DNA from: a virus
Lineage: Duplodnaviria > Caudoviricetes
Virus record (IMG/VR): IMGVR_UViG_3300022936_000012
Span: 1-43,621 of that record
Strand: one strand, 5' to 3'
DNA: 43,621 nucleotides
In this document: in pieces, positions 17,662 to 26,828 of the stretch
Layout: each line of letters begins with the position of its first letter
Position numbering within the stretch: the stretch's first letter is position 1
Made by a program: the position numbers and the translations under genes
Notes under the pieces: generated by a model
Seen by the model: only the letters and a program-made list of their open reading frames with translations
The model's database searches: none
What the model was told of the DNA's origin: nothing

Positions 17662-18072
17662 ATGGCTGTTCCCGGCTCAGTAATTGACGGCAGTCCCGGC
17701 TACGGGTCGCTCGTGATGACGTTCTCCGTTGCGGGCGCGTTCATCGCGGAAAACATCACCGTATCGCGTCCGGTTCAGACCGCTCGTGATCGGCTGACCG
17801 ATGGCGAACCGGGACGATCCCGATACACCGCCGACTTCACGTCGTTGACGACCACGCTACAGGCACCCGCGACGTTCGCAGGATGGCCGCAGTTTGGCGA
17901 GACGACTACCTTTACTCTCGATGCCAACTACGGTGCGGAGACGTGGATTGTGATGCCTCCTGAGCCCGCAATCACCAACGACCCTTCCGCGCTTCGTAAG
18001 CTCAACGTGACTCTCCAGAAAAAGAACACGAGCACGGTGACGACCATCGCTGCCGCTGCGCAGGGAACCTAA
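17662..18072 (+). CDS. Probable tail tube protein
   Basis: Thr-rich all-beta 136 aa before chaperone and tape measure; high-expression codon bias. Confidence 0.6.
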   Translation: MAVPGSVIDGSPGYGSLVMTFSVAGAFIAENITVSRPVQTARDRLTDGEPGRSRYTADFTSLTTTLQAPATFAGWPQFGETTTFTLDANYGAETWIVMPPEPAITNDPSALRKLNVTLQKKNTSTVTTIAAAAQGT

Positions 18073-18080
18073 TCTGAGAT

Positions 18081-18683
18081 GTGCCAAAGTCCTGCATCCC
18101 TGGTTACGATGAAGCTCTAGCGCAAGAGCGCCGAATCCGCGAGGAAGCGTTTCTCGGCGTAAACCCGCGCATTTGTGGGATTGAGATTCAGAACGTCACG
18201 CCGTTTCTGTTGGCGCGATTGAATCTAATTCAGTCTCCATTTCTGATTGGTGGCAATCCATCGCATGGACAAATCATCCAATTCTTATGGGTGCTTTCGT
18301 CGTCATTTTCTACCGATAGCGAGCAACGTGATTGCTTCATTGAGAACACGACCAAGTTACTTGCCGACCGATGGACGGAAGCCGAGATTGCGATAGACGA
18401 ATTTATCCGCGACACGTTTCTTGATTCGCCTCGCGGAGATGGTGGCGAGTGCGTGCCGTATGTTACCGGGATTGCGTGGTTGATCTATAGCATGGCGCGA
18501 GATCCGTTTCGGTGGACTCGCGACCAGACTTTGCATACTCCGTTGCGCGAGATTTACCAGCTTGTCCGCTGCCATCGTCTCGACAATCGCGGCATCCTTT
18601 TCAACGAGATTTCCGACAACGTGAAAGCGCGATTCCTTGACGAATTGAACGCCAAGCAGCCAGCGAGGGGAGGGCTTTCCTAA
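18081..18683 (+). CDS. Tail assembly chaperone
   Basis: Between tube and tape measure; WTRDQTLHTPLREIYQL resembles gpT-like C-termini. Confidence 0.6.
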   Translation: MPKSCIPGYDEALAQERRIREEAFLGVNPRICGIEIQNVTPFLLARLNLIQSPFLIGGNPSHGQIIQFLWVLSSSFSTDSEQRDCFIENTTKLLADRWTEAEIAIDEFIRDTFLDSPRGDGGECVPYVTGIAWLIYSMARDPFRWTRDQTLHTPLREIYQLVRCHRLDNRGILFNEISDNVKARFLDELNAKQPARGGLS

Positions 18684-20116
18684 TGAGTGCAGACGCAATC
18701 GGCTCTCTCGGGTTGGAAACAAGTGAGTTTGACAAGGCGACAGAGCACGCCATTTCTCAGCTAACGTCCCTTGGAAAAGAGGCGCTCGTTGTCACTGGCA
18801 ATCTTGCGGCATTGGCGCTGGTCGTTGGCGGAACGCTCGCTAAGGGCATCTATGACTCACGGCAGCGCGCTAAGGAACTGAACGAAGAGTTGCAGGCAAT
18901 CAAAAATAGCAACCCGTTCGGGCGTGCCGTAGATGATGTCGGGATGCTTGAGGGGAAAATTAAGTCTCTCAATGCCGAGATTCAGAAGATGGATAATGAG
19001 GGAGTCGGAGAGCGTATCTTTCGATTCATCGGCAGCGCGCACCTATTAGGCGGAAGCGGCTTTGATGCATCGGAAGCGGAGCAGGAAGCACGCAGGGCGG
19101 AAGCGGCGAAAGCGATTGAGGATGCAATGCAGCGCCTTGGCGTGCGCGAGCAGAAGAATCTTGAGGTTCTGAAGTTGCAACTGGCTGGCCGAAAAGAAGA
19201 GGCTGAGATTCTCAAGAATCAACTGGAATGGCAGGATAAGATTGCGAAGGCGGCTGACTCTGGAAACGGAATCAAGGCGGTTGCGCTCAAGCATGAGATG
19301 CAGATTTCTGAAGAAATGATTCGGCAGAAGTATGCCTTGGAAGAGCAAGAGCGAATCCGTAAGGAAATCAACGAGCAGGCATACAAGGCACAGCAAGACG
19401 AAATTGAGTTTCAGAAATCCATCGCAGATGAAAATAAGCGATTCGATGACGAGAAGCTAAAGCAGAAAGCCGATGCCGCAAAAGCGGAGCGCAAACTTGA
19501 CGAGGAACTTGCCGAGCAAAAGCAGAAAGATTTACGCAAGCAAATTGACGACGGCAACCGCCTGTATCTTGAGGATTTGGAGCGCAAGAAAAAGCAGGCT
19601 ATCGAGAATCGCCGCATTGTAGATGAATTAGTAGGCGAATCGACCGTCACAGATTTGCGTCGTCGCGGCAATTCCACTTCCGCACGTCGCGAAGAAACCA
19701 ATCAGGAATACGACCGCAAGATCAAGGAAGCCATTCGCAACGGCAACACCGAAGGCGAGGCGCTATTGCGTCGTCAACAGAACGCCGCCAATGCGGATTA
19801 CGATGTTGAGGAATCAAACAAGACCGCACGAGAGCGTAGAATGGAGCGCACTGCCGGACGCCAGCGCGAAAGCGATGAGGCGAAAGCTCGTCGTCAAAAT
19901 GCCGACCTAGACAACCGACTTGCGAACGGTGCGCGAGGCGATAAGAACTCGCGTCTTGAGCAGCGCCGAGAAGAGAATATGCGCAATGCACAGCGCGCCA
20001 ATCAACAGGAAGCATTGCGCGGGAAAGGCCCAGACAATCGCGACCCCGTAGCCTTAATGAAAGAAGGCAATGAACTATTGAAGGATATTAAATCCCGCCT
20101 AGAACCCGAAAAATAA
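18683..20116 (+). CDS. Tape measure protein (short, 477 aa)
   Basis: LGLETSEFDKA start, hydrophobic segment, long charged coiled coil, LKDIKSRL end. Confidence 0.75.
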   Translation: MSADAIGSLGLETSEFDKATEHAISQLTSLGKEALVVTGNLAALALVVGGTLAKGIYDSRQRAKELNEELQAIKNSNPFGRAVDDVGMLEGKIKSLNAEIQKMDNEGVGERIFRFIGSAHLLGGSGFDASEAEQEARRAEAAKAIEDAMQRLGVREQKNLEVLKLQLAGRKEEAEILKNQLEWQDKIAKAADSGNGIKAVALKHEMQISEEMIRQKYALEEQERIRKEINEQAYKAQQDEIEFQKSIADENKRFDDEKLKQKADAAKAERKLDEELAEQKQKDLRKQIDDGNRLYLEDLERKKKQAIENRRIVDELVGESTVTDLRRRGNSTSARREETNQEYDRKIKEAIRNGNTEGEALLRRQQNAANADYDVEESNKTARERRMERTAGRQRESDEAKARRQNADLDNRLANGARGDKNSRLEQRREENMRNAQRANQQEALRGKGPDNRDPVALMKEGNELLKDIKSRLEPEK

Positions 20117-20117
20117 C

Positions 20118-20720
20118 ATGCCAGTTCCCGGCACAGTAGATGATGGTCTTTTCACCGTTCCGCAACAGAACGGAGCGGCAGTCTATGAGTATCCGTTTTT
20201 TGATCGCGGGGACTCAACGACATTCATTGCGACCGTGAAGATGATTGTCGATTTGGACTACTTCGTTGTCCCAGTTCCTATGTCCGTAAAGCAATTCGGA
20301 CTTCTCGGCAATGCCTTCCTAGTCGATCTAATTCCCCCATCCGACACGACGCAACGCCTTTACGAATACTCACTCGTTTACGCCAATATCCCAAAGACGC
20401 GCAAAGAGCCGAGCACCGTCACCTACACAAACCAATCGCCAACGGATAGCGCCACGCTGACTGTAGCGAACGTGGTAAACTTTACTTCAACCGTGCAAGC
20501 GGAAGATGTCTTTGAGTATTCCGTGAACGCACCATTGCCACCCCTGATTGCGCCCGTGCTGGTCGCTGGTGCGGGACAGGTCTATCGCTTCGGGGATTAC
20601 AACCGCGGAGCAACGCGAGTGCTCGCTCAGAACTCGGAAGCGCGCATTTACATGGGCAAGATTTACGAGCGCAAATCTACGTTCATCACGCGGCCAATCA
20701 TGAGGGGTATCCAAGCGTGA
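20118..20720 (+). CDS. Distal tail / tail-tip protein
   Basis: Beta-rich ORF immediately after tape measure. Confidence 0.55.
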   Translation: MPVPGTVDDGLFTVPQQNGAAVYEYPFFDRGDSTTFIATVKMIVDLDYFVVPVPMSVKQFGLLGNAFLVDLIPPSDTTQRLYEYSLVYANIPKTRKEPSTVTYTNQSPTDSATLTVANVVNFTSTVQAEDVFEYSVNAPLPPLIAPVLVAGAGQVYRFGDYNRGATRVLAQNSEARIYMGKIYERKSTFITRPIMRGIQA

Positions 20721-20989
20721 AAAACCAGAAAAAGCTCAAGCCAGTCAAAGCGGCCTTTTGTGGACGTGCGCGGGCGAACGAGATTATCCTTCGTGTAAAC
20801 CTGCCGTGGGGCGTGGATATGCCGTGGCCTGGGACTGAATGGGGAGAGGTAAGCGTGCGATATGCGGACAACGCCATCACAATCGACTTGTCCCAACTCA
20901 AGACGCAGGAGTTTGTCGTATGCGATAACGAGGGCAACCAGAGAACCATTCGCACCATAGGCTACGAAGTGATCACGCCCGCTCCGTAA
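20717..20989 (+). CDS. Small tail-tip protein
   Basis: GTGA overlap; C-terminal EFVVCDNEG. Confidence 0.55.
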   Translation: MKNQKKLKPVKAAFCGRARANEIILRVNLPWGVDMPWPGTEWGEVSVRYADNAITIDLSQLKTQEFVVCDNEGNQRTIRTIGYEVITPAP

Positions 20990-20990
20990 T

Positions 20991-21374
20991 ATGGCGACTT
21001 GGTATGCTTCACGATCTGACGGCGCAGGAGGTGTAATCTGTGGATGCGGATGCCCTGCTCTCGTAGATGACCCATCTACAATAGCTGCTTTGTTTGACTG
21101 TGAAACAATAGACCCTCCATTAGTAGTGGACAGAGAGAGTTACGGAAGATGGTCGTTTTTTGATACTAGGACTGTTTGCGGAGGATGGATCATCAATGAG
21201 TTTGTATTAGAGAGAGATGCAAACTGCCTCTGGACGGTCTATATTTCAAATGATGTAGGCTCTGCGATTCTCTCCCAAGATTCCCCCGACCCGACTTCTC
21301 CATTCGGACATTATACACTTTCTCAAGATGACGGATATCCAGGGCCTCCGAAAGACGGCGTTACCATTTCGTGA
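20991..21374 (+). CDS. Cys-containing tail-tip protein
   Basis: N-terminal CGCGC; P.G.Y motif; AT-richer codons. Confidence 0.6.
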   Translation: MATWYASRSDGAGGVICGCGCPALVDDPSTIAALFDCETIDPPLVVDRESYGRWSFFDTRTVCGGWIINEFVLERDANCLWTVYISNDVGSAILSQDSPDPTSPFGHYTLSQDDGYPGPPKDGVTIS

Positions 21375-21377
21375 GCT

Positions 21378-21578
21378 ATGAATTGCATCCATTGGAACGC
21401 GGGAGTCTGTGCGCTGAATCGTTACGGAGGCAGGCCGAGCTTGGGCGTGTGTCAGAAGCTCTGCGACATTGGCAAAGCGTTACCGCAGGAAGGTGTTTTC
21501 CGCGTCAAGGTGCGAGTGACGAGCGGATGCAAAACGTGCCAGCCAAAAGTGATAGCTTTTAAGTCGGAAACCAAGTAA
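21378..21578 (+). CDS. Small Cys-rich protein
   Basis: C.HW...C...PSLGVCQKLC...GCKTC. Confidence 0.6.
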   Translation: MNCIHWNAGVCALNRYGGRPSLGVCQKLCDIGKALPQEGVFRVKVRVTSGCKTCQPKVIAFKSETK

Positions 21579-21593
21579 GTAGAAATCCGCTCC

Positions 21594-23033
21594 ATGACGC
21601 CATTTATCGTAATCACAAATACGCAGACGCCGGATTATTTGGCGGTCAGTTATGAGCAACCTGGGCAAGCCCTCGCGCCTGATGTGGTTCGTAATGACGC
21701 GGAAGATGTGAGCGTTTCTCCGGTCATTCAGAATACGCCGGGAGTCAGCCCGATCTATTCGCCCGACTACGACCCGACCGACGAGTTGACGATGGCTATT
21801 GGCCTCGTGGATACGCCTCCGACTGCCGGAAGCGTAGATTTGCTTGTCGGCGCAACGGCGGTCAATGGAGTGGCATACAACGTCACGGCGGCGGCATTGC
21901 AGACCGCGCTGAATGTTGCACTGACGACCGAAGGCGAGCCGCTTTGCACGGTTGTAGAAAACGAGGATGGGGCTTACACGATTTCGGGCGTGACCGATGG
22001 TGAAGTTGTAGACGGTTTCTTTTCGGTCGCAGATGCCTCTTTGCTCTATCCGATCAGCGATGCGTTTTTCGTGATGGGTGGCGAAGGAAGCGTATCGTCC
22101 AAATACGTTTACACTTTCGTAATGCGGCAAGCGCCGATGTGCGTTGCGGATTTAACCGATGAACTACCCGCTGCGGATGTCGTCGTAACCACGGTTCAGT
22201 CTGGCTCTGGAACGGCGAACAAGATCCAGGAAATCAGCTTTACGAATACGCCATACACCGGCAGCTACACGGTCAGCGGTGCGGTTGGTGGAGTCACCGC
22301 GAGTTGCGGCGTCGTGAATTGGGGAATCACCGCTGAAGAACTTGGCTTGATTTTGGCGCGGCATCCGAGCGTCAAATACCAGTCGGTTGACGGCACGGCG
22401 GACAACATTGCGCCCTCGTTCAACAACGGGAAATACTACGTCGAGTTTATGGGCACGCTGGCCAATAACGACGCTAACGCATTTTCGGCTCTCAACTACA
22501 ATCTCCAAGGGCCGGCTGGAAAGAGCGGGCTGATTCATTACAACACGCAAGGGCTTTACATCTACTCGCTCTCGCAGGGCGACAGTTTCCAGCTTACGCG
22601 CACGATTCAACGCACCCGCACGAGCGGCGAAGTGCTGACCATCTACAGCGGATTGGTGACGATTCTGAAGGATGCCATTAACGCGGCAACCTACGTGCCG
22701 AGCCCGCTGACCAGTTACTACACGAGCGCGCAGGTCAACTCGCTTTTGGCAGCAAAGCAGGACATCGAAGGGGCTTACACGAGCAAGACGGCGAACTACA
22801 CCGCGACGACTTCCGACCAGTATATTGATTGCACCGCCAACTCGTTTACGGTCACGCTACCAACAGCGGCGAGCATCGCAGGGCAGACGTTTACGATCTT
22901 GAATACGGGCAGCGGAACCATCACCGTCGATACTACTTCGTCGCAACTCATTAGCGGCTCACTCACGCAAACACTTCCCGCAGGCTCAACCATCACCGTC
23001 GTCTCGTCCGGTAGCTACTGGACCATCCTCTAA
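21594..23033 (+). CDS. Tail fibre / baseplate-anchored protein
   Basis: YNVTAAALQTALN repeat, YYVEFMGTLAN, C-terminal TANYT...TVTLPTAA...GQTFTI.N.GSGTITV fibre domain. Confidence 0.8.
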   Translation: MTPFIVITNTQTPDYLAVSYEQPGQALAPDVVRNDAEDVSVSPVIQNTPGVSPIYSPDYDPTDELTMAIGLVDTPPTAGSVDLLVGATAVNGVAYNVTAAALQTALNVALTTEGEPLCTVVENEDGAYTISGVTDGEVVDGFFSVADASLLYPISDAFFVMGGEGSVSSKYVYTFVMRQAPMCVADLTDELPAADVVVTTVQSGSGTANKIQEISFTNTPYTGSYTVSGAVGGVTASCGVVNWGITAEELGLILARHPSVKYQSVDGTADNIAPSFNNGKYYVEFMGTLANNDANAFSALNYNLQGPAGKSGLIHYNTQGLYIYSLSQGDSFQLTRTIQRTRTSGEVLTIYSGLVTILKDAINAATYVPSPLTSYYTSAQVNSLLAAKQDIEGAYTSKTANYTATTSDQYIDCTANSFTVTLPTAASIAGQTFTILNTGSGTITVDTTSSQLISGSLTQTLPAGSTITVVSSGSYWTIL

Positions 23034-23036
23034 GCT

Positions 23037-24032
23037 ATGTCCTTCTTCTCCAATCTTTACGACAAGGTAACGAACAAGAGTGCCATGATTGGCAACTTGC
23101 GCGATTTGCGCGTTGCCAACATTAAGCGAATCCTCGGGAGCAACTTCGGAAGTTCGATTGATTCCACCTACTACACGGTATCAGTCGCCGGAACAGGCGC
23201 TGGCGCGGCGTCCAATGGCGTTCTGAGCCTTACCACGGGCGCAACGGCAAACTCTACGGCGTCCATCGTTACAACTCGCAAGGTTCGGTATCTGTCTGGT
23301 CGGGCTAATCTCTATCGCGGAGTCATGCGATTTGGTGACACGGGAGCGGCGAACAACGTGCGCGAGTTCGGCATCCAGATTGACAGCAACAACGGATTTT
23401 ATTTCCGACTGTCTGGCACTACATTTCAAATCGTCACACGAAAAGGCGGCAGCGATACGGTTGTCTCCAATGGTTCATTTAACGGCAACGGCACACAAAG
23501 CGCGCAAAGTTGGACGGTCGATACGAATTTCCACGGCTTTGAAATTAGCTATACCACGAGCGCGATTCGCTTCCTAATTGATGACGTGGCAATTCACGTT
23601 GCGAGACCAACTACAACGAGCCTTACGAGTTCGGTTGTGGGCGTGATCTATGCCAGCAACGCCAATAGCGGAGGCGGAACGGCAAATGTCACTCTCGATT
23701 CGATTGCGCTCTCGGTGTCTTATTTTGGAGATGCCGTAAATAATCCGCTGTTTTATTGCAACAGCGCAACAGCGGAAACCCGGACGCTAAAGGCCGGGGG
23801 AGGGACTTTATATAGCGTAACTATCGGACGAGCGGGAGGAGCGGGATGCACTCTCACGATTTACGACAATACCGCCGCGAGCGGAACAATCATTGCAATT
23901 TTTGACATGACGAAAGATGCAGCTATCGGGACGCATGTTTTAGCTCCTGAAGGCGTCAATTTCTATAACGGACTTACCTACGTTCTTTCCGCAACCGCAA
24001 CCGCTGCCGCATTTACTGTAACCTGGGATTAA
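23037..24032 (+). CDS. Receptor-binding/fibre protein (lectin-like beta-sandwich plus C-terminal jelly-roll)
   Basis: RYLSGR...NGFYFRLSG...FHGFEISY...IRFLIDD; C-terminal TIYDNT domain. Confidence 0.7.
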   Translation: MSFFSNLYDKVTNKSAMIGNLRDLRVANIKRILGSNFGSSIDSTYYTVSVAGTGAGAASNGVLSLTTGATANSTASIVTTRKVRYLSGRANLYRGVMRFGDTGAANNVREFGIQIDSNNGFYFRLSGTTFQIVTRKGGSDTVVSNGSFNGNGTQSAQSWTVDTNFHGFEISYTTSAIRFLIDDVAIHVARPTTTSLTSSVVGVIYASNANSGGGTANVTLDSIALSVSYFGDAVNNPLFYCNSATAETRTLKAGGGTLYSVTIGRAGGAGCTLTIYDNTAASGTIIAIFDMTKDAAIGTHVLAPEGVNFYNGLTYVLSATATAAAFTVTWD

Positions 24033-24036
24033 ATTT

Positions 24037-24426
24037 ATGGCTGATATTTCTTTTCCTTTCGGTCCTTTTGGGACGCTGATGAAGTTGGTTGATTTAGGTG
24101 ATGGCACCTATGGGTATCCAATGGTTTCCATCCCGATGGGAAACAGTTCCTCATCGGGATCATATCGCAACATTGCAGGCGCTGCGACTACGGTAGTTAA
24201 ATCGGGCGCTGGAATTTTGAAGTGTCTTACGATAAATACTCCGGTATCTCTGGGTGTAATTACGATTTACGACAATACGACAGCGACGGGAACGAAGATC
24301 GCCACGATTACCAATCCGCTTGCGTTACTGCAAGGATGCCAAACTTTGGCCTACAATGTGAATTTCACGGTAGGCCTTACCATTGTCACAAGTCTCGGGG
24401 ACAACATCACAGTTTGCTACGTGTAG
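24037..24426 (+). CDS. Stand-alone paralog of the C-terminal domain of the preceding fibre
   Basis: KSGAGIL...ITIYDNTTATGT...VNFTVGLTIV matches KAGGGTL...LTIYDNTAASGT...VNFYNGLTYV. Confidence 0.75.
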   Translation: MADISFPFGPFGTLMKLVDLGDGTYGYPMVSIPMGNSSSSGSYRNIAGAATTVVKSGAGILKCLTINTPVSLGVITIYDNTTATGTKIATITNPLALLQGCQTLAYNVNFTVGLTIVTSLGDNITVCYV

Positions 24427-24434
24427 GCTTAATT

Positions 24435-24854
24435 ATGGAGCGTATTCTTTTAGTGGATGATGAAGAGGGGATTCGGATTGTCTGGAAACGATTTCATGAT
24501 GTCGTTGAGCCAGTGTTTAGGGGTCGCCTTGAAATGGATGTTGCGAGCACATTGGCGCAGGGATTGGAGCGTATAAAAGAAACAGAATACGATGCCCTTA
24601 TTCTTGATCTAATAGTTCCACCGATGGGGGCAAATGATATGATTCAGTGGATTTACGATCACGCTGATGAAGTCAAAATACCGATTGTCGTCCTTACTGG
24701 AGATTCTGATGTTTACACGAGACGCCGATGTATTATGGCTGGAGCGTCTGATTTTTGGCTAAAGACTGATGCACAGGAAAGGCCAGACTTGTTTTTCAAA
24801 TCCCTTTACAATAGGTATTTATCTACGTATGCCAGACAGCCCCCAACCGCCTAA
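24435..24854 (+). CDS. Single-domain response regulator (CheY-like receiver)
   Basis: RILLVDDE acidic pocket, YDALILDL phospho-acceptor Asp, IPIVVLTG, GASDFWLK; no output domain. Confidence 0.92.
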   Translation: MERILLVDDEEGIRIVWKRFHDVVEPVFRGRLEMDVASTLAQGLERIKETEYDALILDLIVPPMGANDMIQWIYDHADEVKIPIVVLTGDSDVYTRRRCIMAGASDFWLKTDAQERPDLFFKSLYNRYLSTYARQPPTA

Positions 24855-25176
24855 TTTCGCAGCATACAATGCCCCTGAGTCGGCTCTTATGGATCGGTTC
24901 AATGTGTTCGATAAAGCGGCTAAAAAGGATCTGCATTGGTGGTTTTTTGCGTTGCTGATGATTGGCATGATTGCGATTGGATTTCTCTATATCGACATGC
25001 GTAAAGAGCGAGAGATGATGCGCGGGGAGATTACGGAAGTTCGGCAATCACAACTGAAATACGTTACTGAGAAAAGCGAGGCAATGATGTCCGCATTACT
25101 CAATAATACGCGGGCGCTTGAGGCGAACACACAGACACTCAACCGAATCGAAAACAGAAAAAGCTATGACCAATAA
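24829..25176 (+). CDS. Single-TM + coiled-coil lysis protein (holin- or i-spanin-like)
   Basis: TM WWFFALLMIGMIAIGFLYI followed by coiled coil (NNTRALEANT); upstream of endolysin. Confidence 0.6.
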   Translation: MPDSPQPPNFAAYNAPESALMDRFNVFDKAAKKDLHWWFFALLMIGMIAIGFLYIDMRKEREMMRGEITEVRQSQLKYVTEKSEAMMSALLNNTRALEANTQTLNRIENRKSYDQ

Positions 25177-25399
25177 ATTACAGGCATTACTCGCATCCGG
25201 TGGCGCTGGCATCGCCGGATTCATCAACTGGCTTGCGACCGTCCCGCCAGAGCAGCAAAGCGGATGGGTGGCAACGCTCGTTGAGATTACCCCGATTGAA
25301 CATCGGCCTAGCGTCGGCTTGTTCACGCGATTCGTAATGTTGTTCCTCGGCGTTTACGCTACCTTCAAAGCGTCCAATTCCAGCCGTCATAATCCATGA
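25166..25399 (+). CDS. Small membrane protein, holin candidate
   Basis: Two hydrophobic segments; inside lysis cassette. Confidence 0.55.
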   Translation: MTNKLQALLASGGAGIAGFINWLATVPPEQQSGWVATLVEITPIEHRPSVGLFTRFVMLFLGVYATFKASNSSRHNP

Positions 25400-25539
25400 A
25401 AATCATCCTCGCGATCCTCATCCTCGCCAGCTTTTCCGGCTGCGTCATTAAGTATTCCACGGACGGAAAAACGCGCTCCATCGAAACGGGATTCACGCCT
25501 TCGGAATCCGATTGGAAAGCCATTAAGGAATTGCGATGA
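25396..25539 (+). CDS. 47-aa lipoprotein (o-spanin candidate)
   Basis: Hand translation MKIILAILILASFSGCVIKYSTDGKTRSIETGFTPSESDWKAIKELR*; lipobox FSG-C; ATGA overlaps on both sides. Confidence 0.7.
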   Translation: MKIILAILILASFSGCVIKYSTDGKTRSIETGFTPSESDWKAIKELR

Positions 25540-26111
25540 GTCCCGACGAAATCAAAGCAATGCAACGTCGCATCGGAGTGACCGATGACGGCATATGGGG
25601 TAGATTGAGTATCGCAGCCTGTCAGCGCCATTTGCGCGCAATGATGCCCCATCCTAATCCGTGGCCCAATCCCGACCAAGCCAGCCTGAGAGCGTTCTAC
25701 GGACAACCAGGGGACGAATCACGGCTCGTCACAATCGAATTTCCCTATCCGATGCTCTATGATGGGCAGCGCGTGACAAAGACCCGAGTGAACGCCAAGT
25801 GCGCGCAATCATTGCGGCGTGTGCTGCTTTCCATCGGTGACAAGTTCCAAGCCAATCGGGAAGTGATGGAGGAAGCCGAAGATTACGGAGGCGTGTTCAA
25901 CTTCCGACTCAAGCGCGGAGGTTCAACGTATTCGCTCCATGCGTTCGGGGCCGCAATCGACTTGGACGCCGACGACAATACGTTCCGCGATTCGTGGCCG
26001 ATGCAGGCGGATATGCCGCTTGAAATCATGGAGTGCTTTGCGAAAGAAGGATGGATTTCGGCAGGCGCATTTTGGGGGTATGATGCGATGCATTTCCAAG
26101 CTACCTTGTAA
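25536..26111 (+). CDS. Endolysin: PG-binding N-terminus + M15 Zn peptidase
   Basis: Q..IGV.DDGIWG; FNFR..RGG..YSLHAFGAAIDLD; DAMHFQ. Confidence 0.92.
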   Translation: MSPDEIKAMQRRIGVTDDGIWGRLSIAACQRHLRAMMPHPNPWPNPDQASLRAFYGQPGDESRLVTIEFPYPMLYDGQRVTKTRVNAKCAQSLRRVLLSIGDKFQANREVMEEAEDYGGVFNFRLKRGGSTYSLHAFGAAIDLDADDNTFRDSWPMQADMPLEIMECFAKEGWISAGAFWGYDAMHFQATL

Positions 26112-26115
26112 TCCT

Positions 26116-26334
26116 ATGAACACCCTTCTATTTCTCGCCGCACTTCCCTCCACATCGTCACTCATCGGCCTCCTCGTATGGGTGGCGATTGCCGCTATCG
26201 TTATCTGGGGAATTATCGCTCTCGTTAAGTGGAGCGGCATCGTGATTCCTCAGCCTGTCTGGATCATCCTGACTTGCTTTGTTTGTATCGCGCTTATCCT
26301 TTTGATTGCGCGTCTTTTTGGGCTTGCTGTGTAA
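26116..26334 (+). CDS. Two-TM membrane protein, holin candidate
   Basis: LIGLLVWVAIAAIVIWGII...PQPVWIILTCFVCIALILLIARL. Confidence 0.7.
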   Translation: MNTLLFLAALPSTSSLIGLLVWVAIAAIVIWGIIALVKWSGIVIPQPVWIILTCFVCIALILLIARLFGLAV

Positions 26335-26770
26335 GCGCGTAATCCGCCACGGCGAGCGCGCTCCATAGGTGACTCGCAATGCCGTGAAGAGGGCCGGGTT
26401 TTGCTTTTGTTCCAACGACGCCGAGTTTGTCGATTAGAGCTTGGCGCACGTTTGCGTCTTTCGCTTTCATCGTCCCGCAGTAATGGATCTTCACTTCGCG
26501 GCGATAGACTTTAACGATCTTCGCTTTCCGATTCTCTGCCGCTTCGCGAAAGCGACCGCACCATTCGCACGTCTCGAAAGTCTCGCGGCCAACGGCCATG
26601 CCGTAACTCGCGATTGATTCGATAGCTACGATTCCGTTCGTGTAGTCCGATTGACGAAGAATCGAAAGCAACATCTCGTTTTCCATTATCACGCCATAGC
26701 GAACTCTTACACCATCCCAAGTCACAATTGCGCTTTCCGTAGTGCCAGGATCTATTCCGTGAATAAGCAT
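26294..26770 (-). CDS. RuvC-like Holliday junction resolvase
   Basis: GIDPG...VAIE...EVKIH.CG..KAKDANVRQAL...HLWSALAVA. Confidence 0.85.
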   Translation of the reverse strand: MLIHGIDPGTTESAIVTWDGVRVRYGVIMENEMLLSILRQSDYTNGIVAIESIASYGMAVGRETFETCEWCGRFREAAENRKAKIVKVYRREVKIHYCGTMKAKDANVRQALIDKLGVVGTKAKPGPLHGIASHLWSALAVADYALTQQAQKDAQSKG

Positions 26771-26790
26771 TTCGTGACGCTAAATATATC

Positions 26791-26819
26791 TTGTGCCAGT
26801 AGCAATATATATTTACAGT
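26791..26819 (+). promoter_or_regulatory. Sigma70-type promoter of the early operon
   Basis: TTGTGC-N17-TACAGT, preceded by AAATATATC (variant of the repeated operator motif). Confidence 0.55.
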
Positions 26820-26828
26820 GCGACATCT

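Noticed and set aside
18081-18683. Programmed -1 frameshift in the tail chaperone
   Set aside because: A single ORF runs up to the tape measure start; no second overlapping ORF needs a shift
23740-24426. Possible diversity-generating retroelement TR/VR pair
   Set aside because: No reverse transcriptase in the window, and the differences are not adenine-specific; ordinary paralogy
24222-24434. N-terminal extension of the receiver ORF (210-aa version)
   Set aside because: Overlaps the fibre-domain gene; ATG 24435 gives a normal receiver start (MERILLVDDE)
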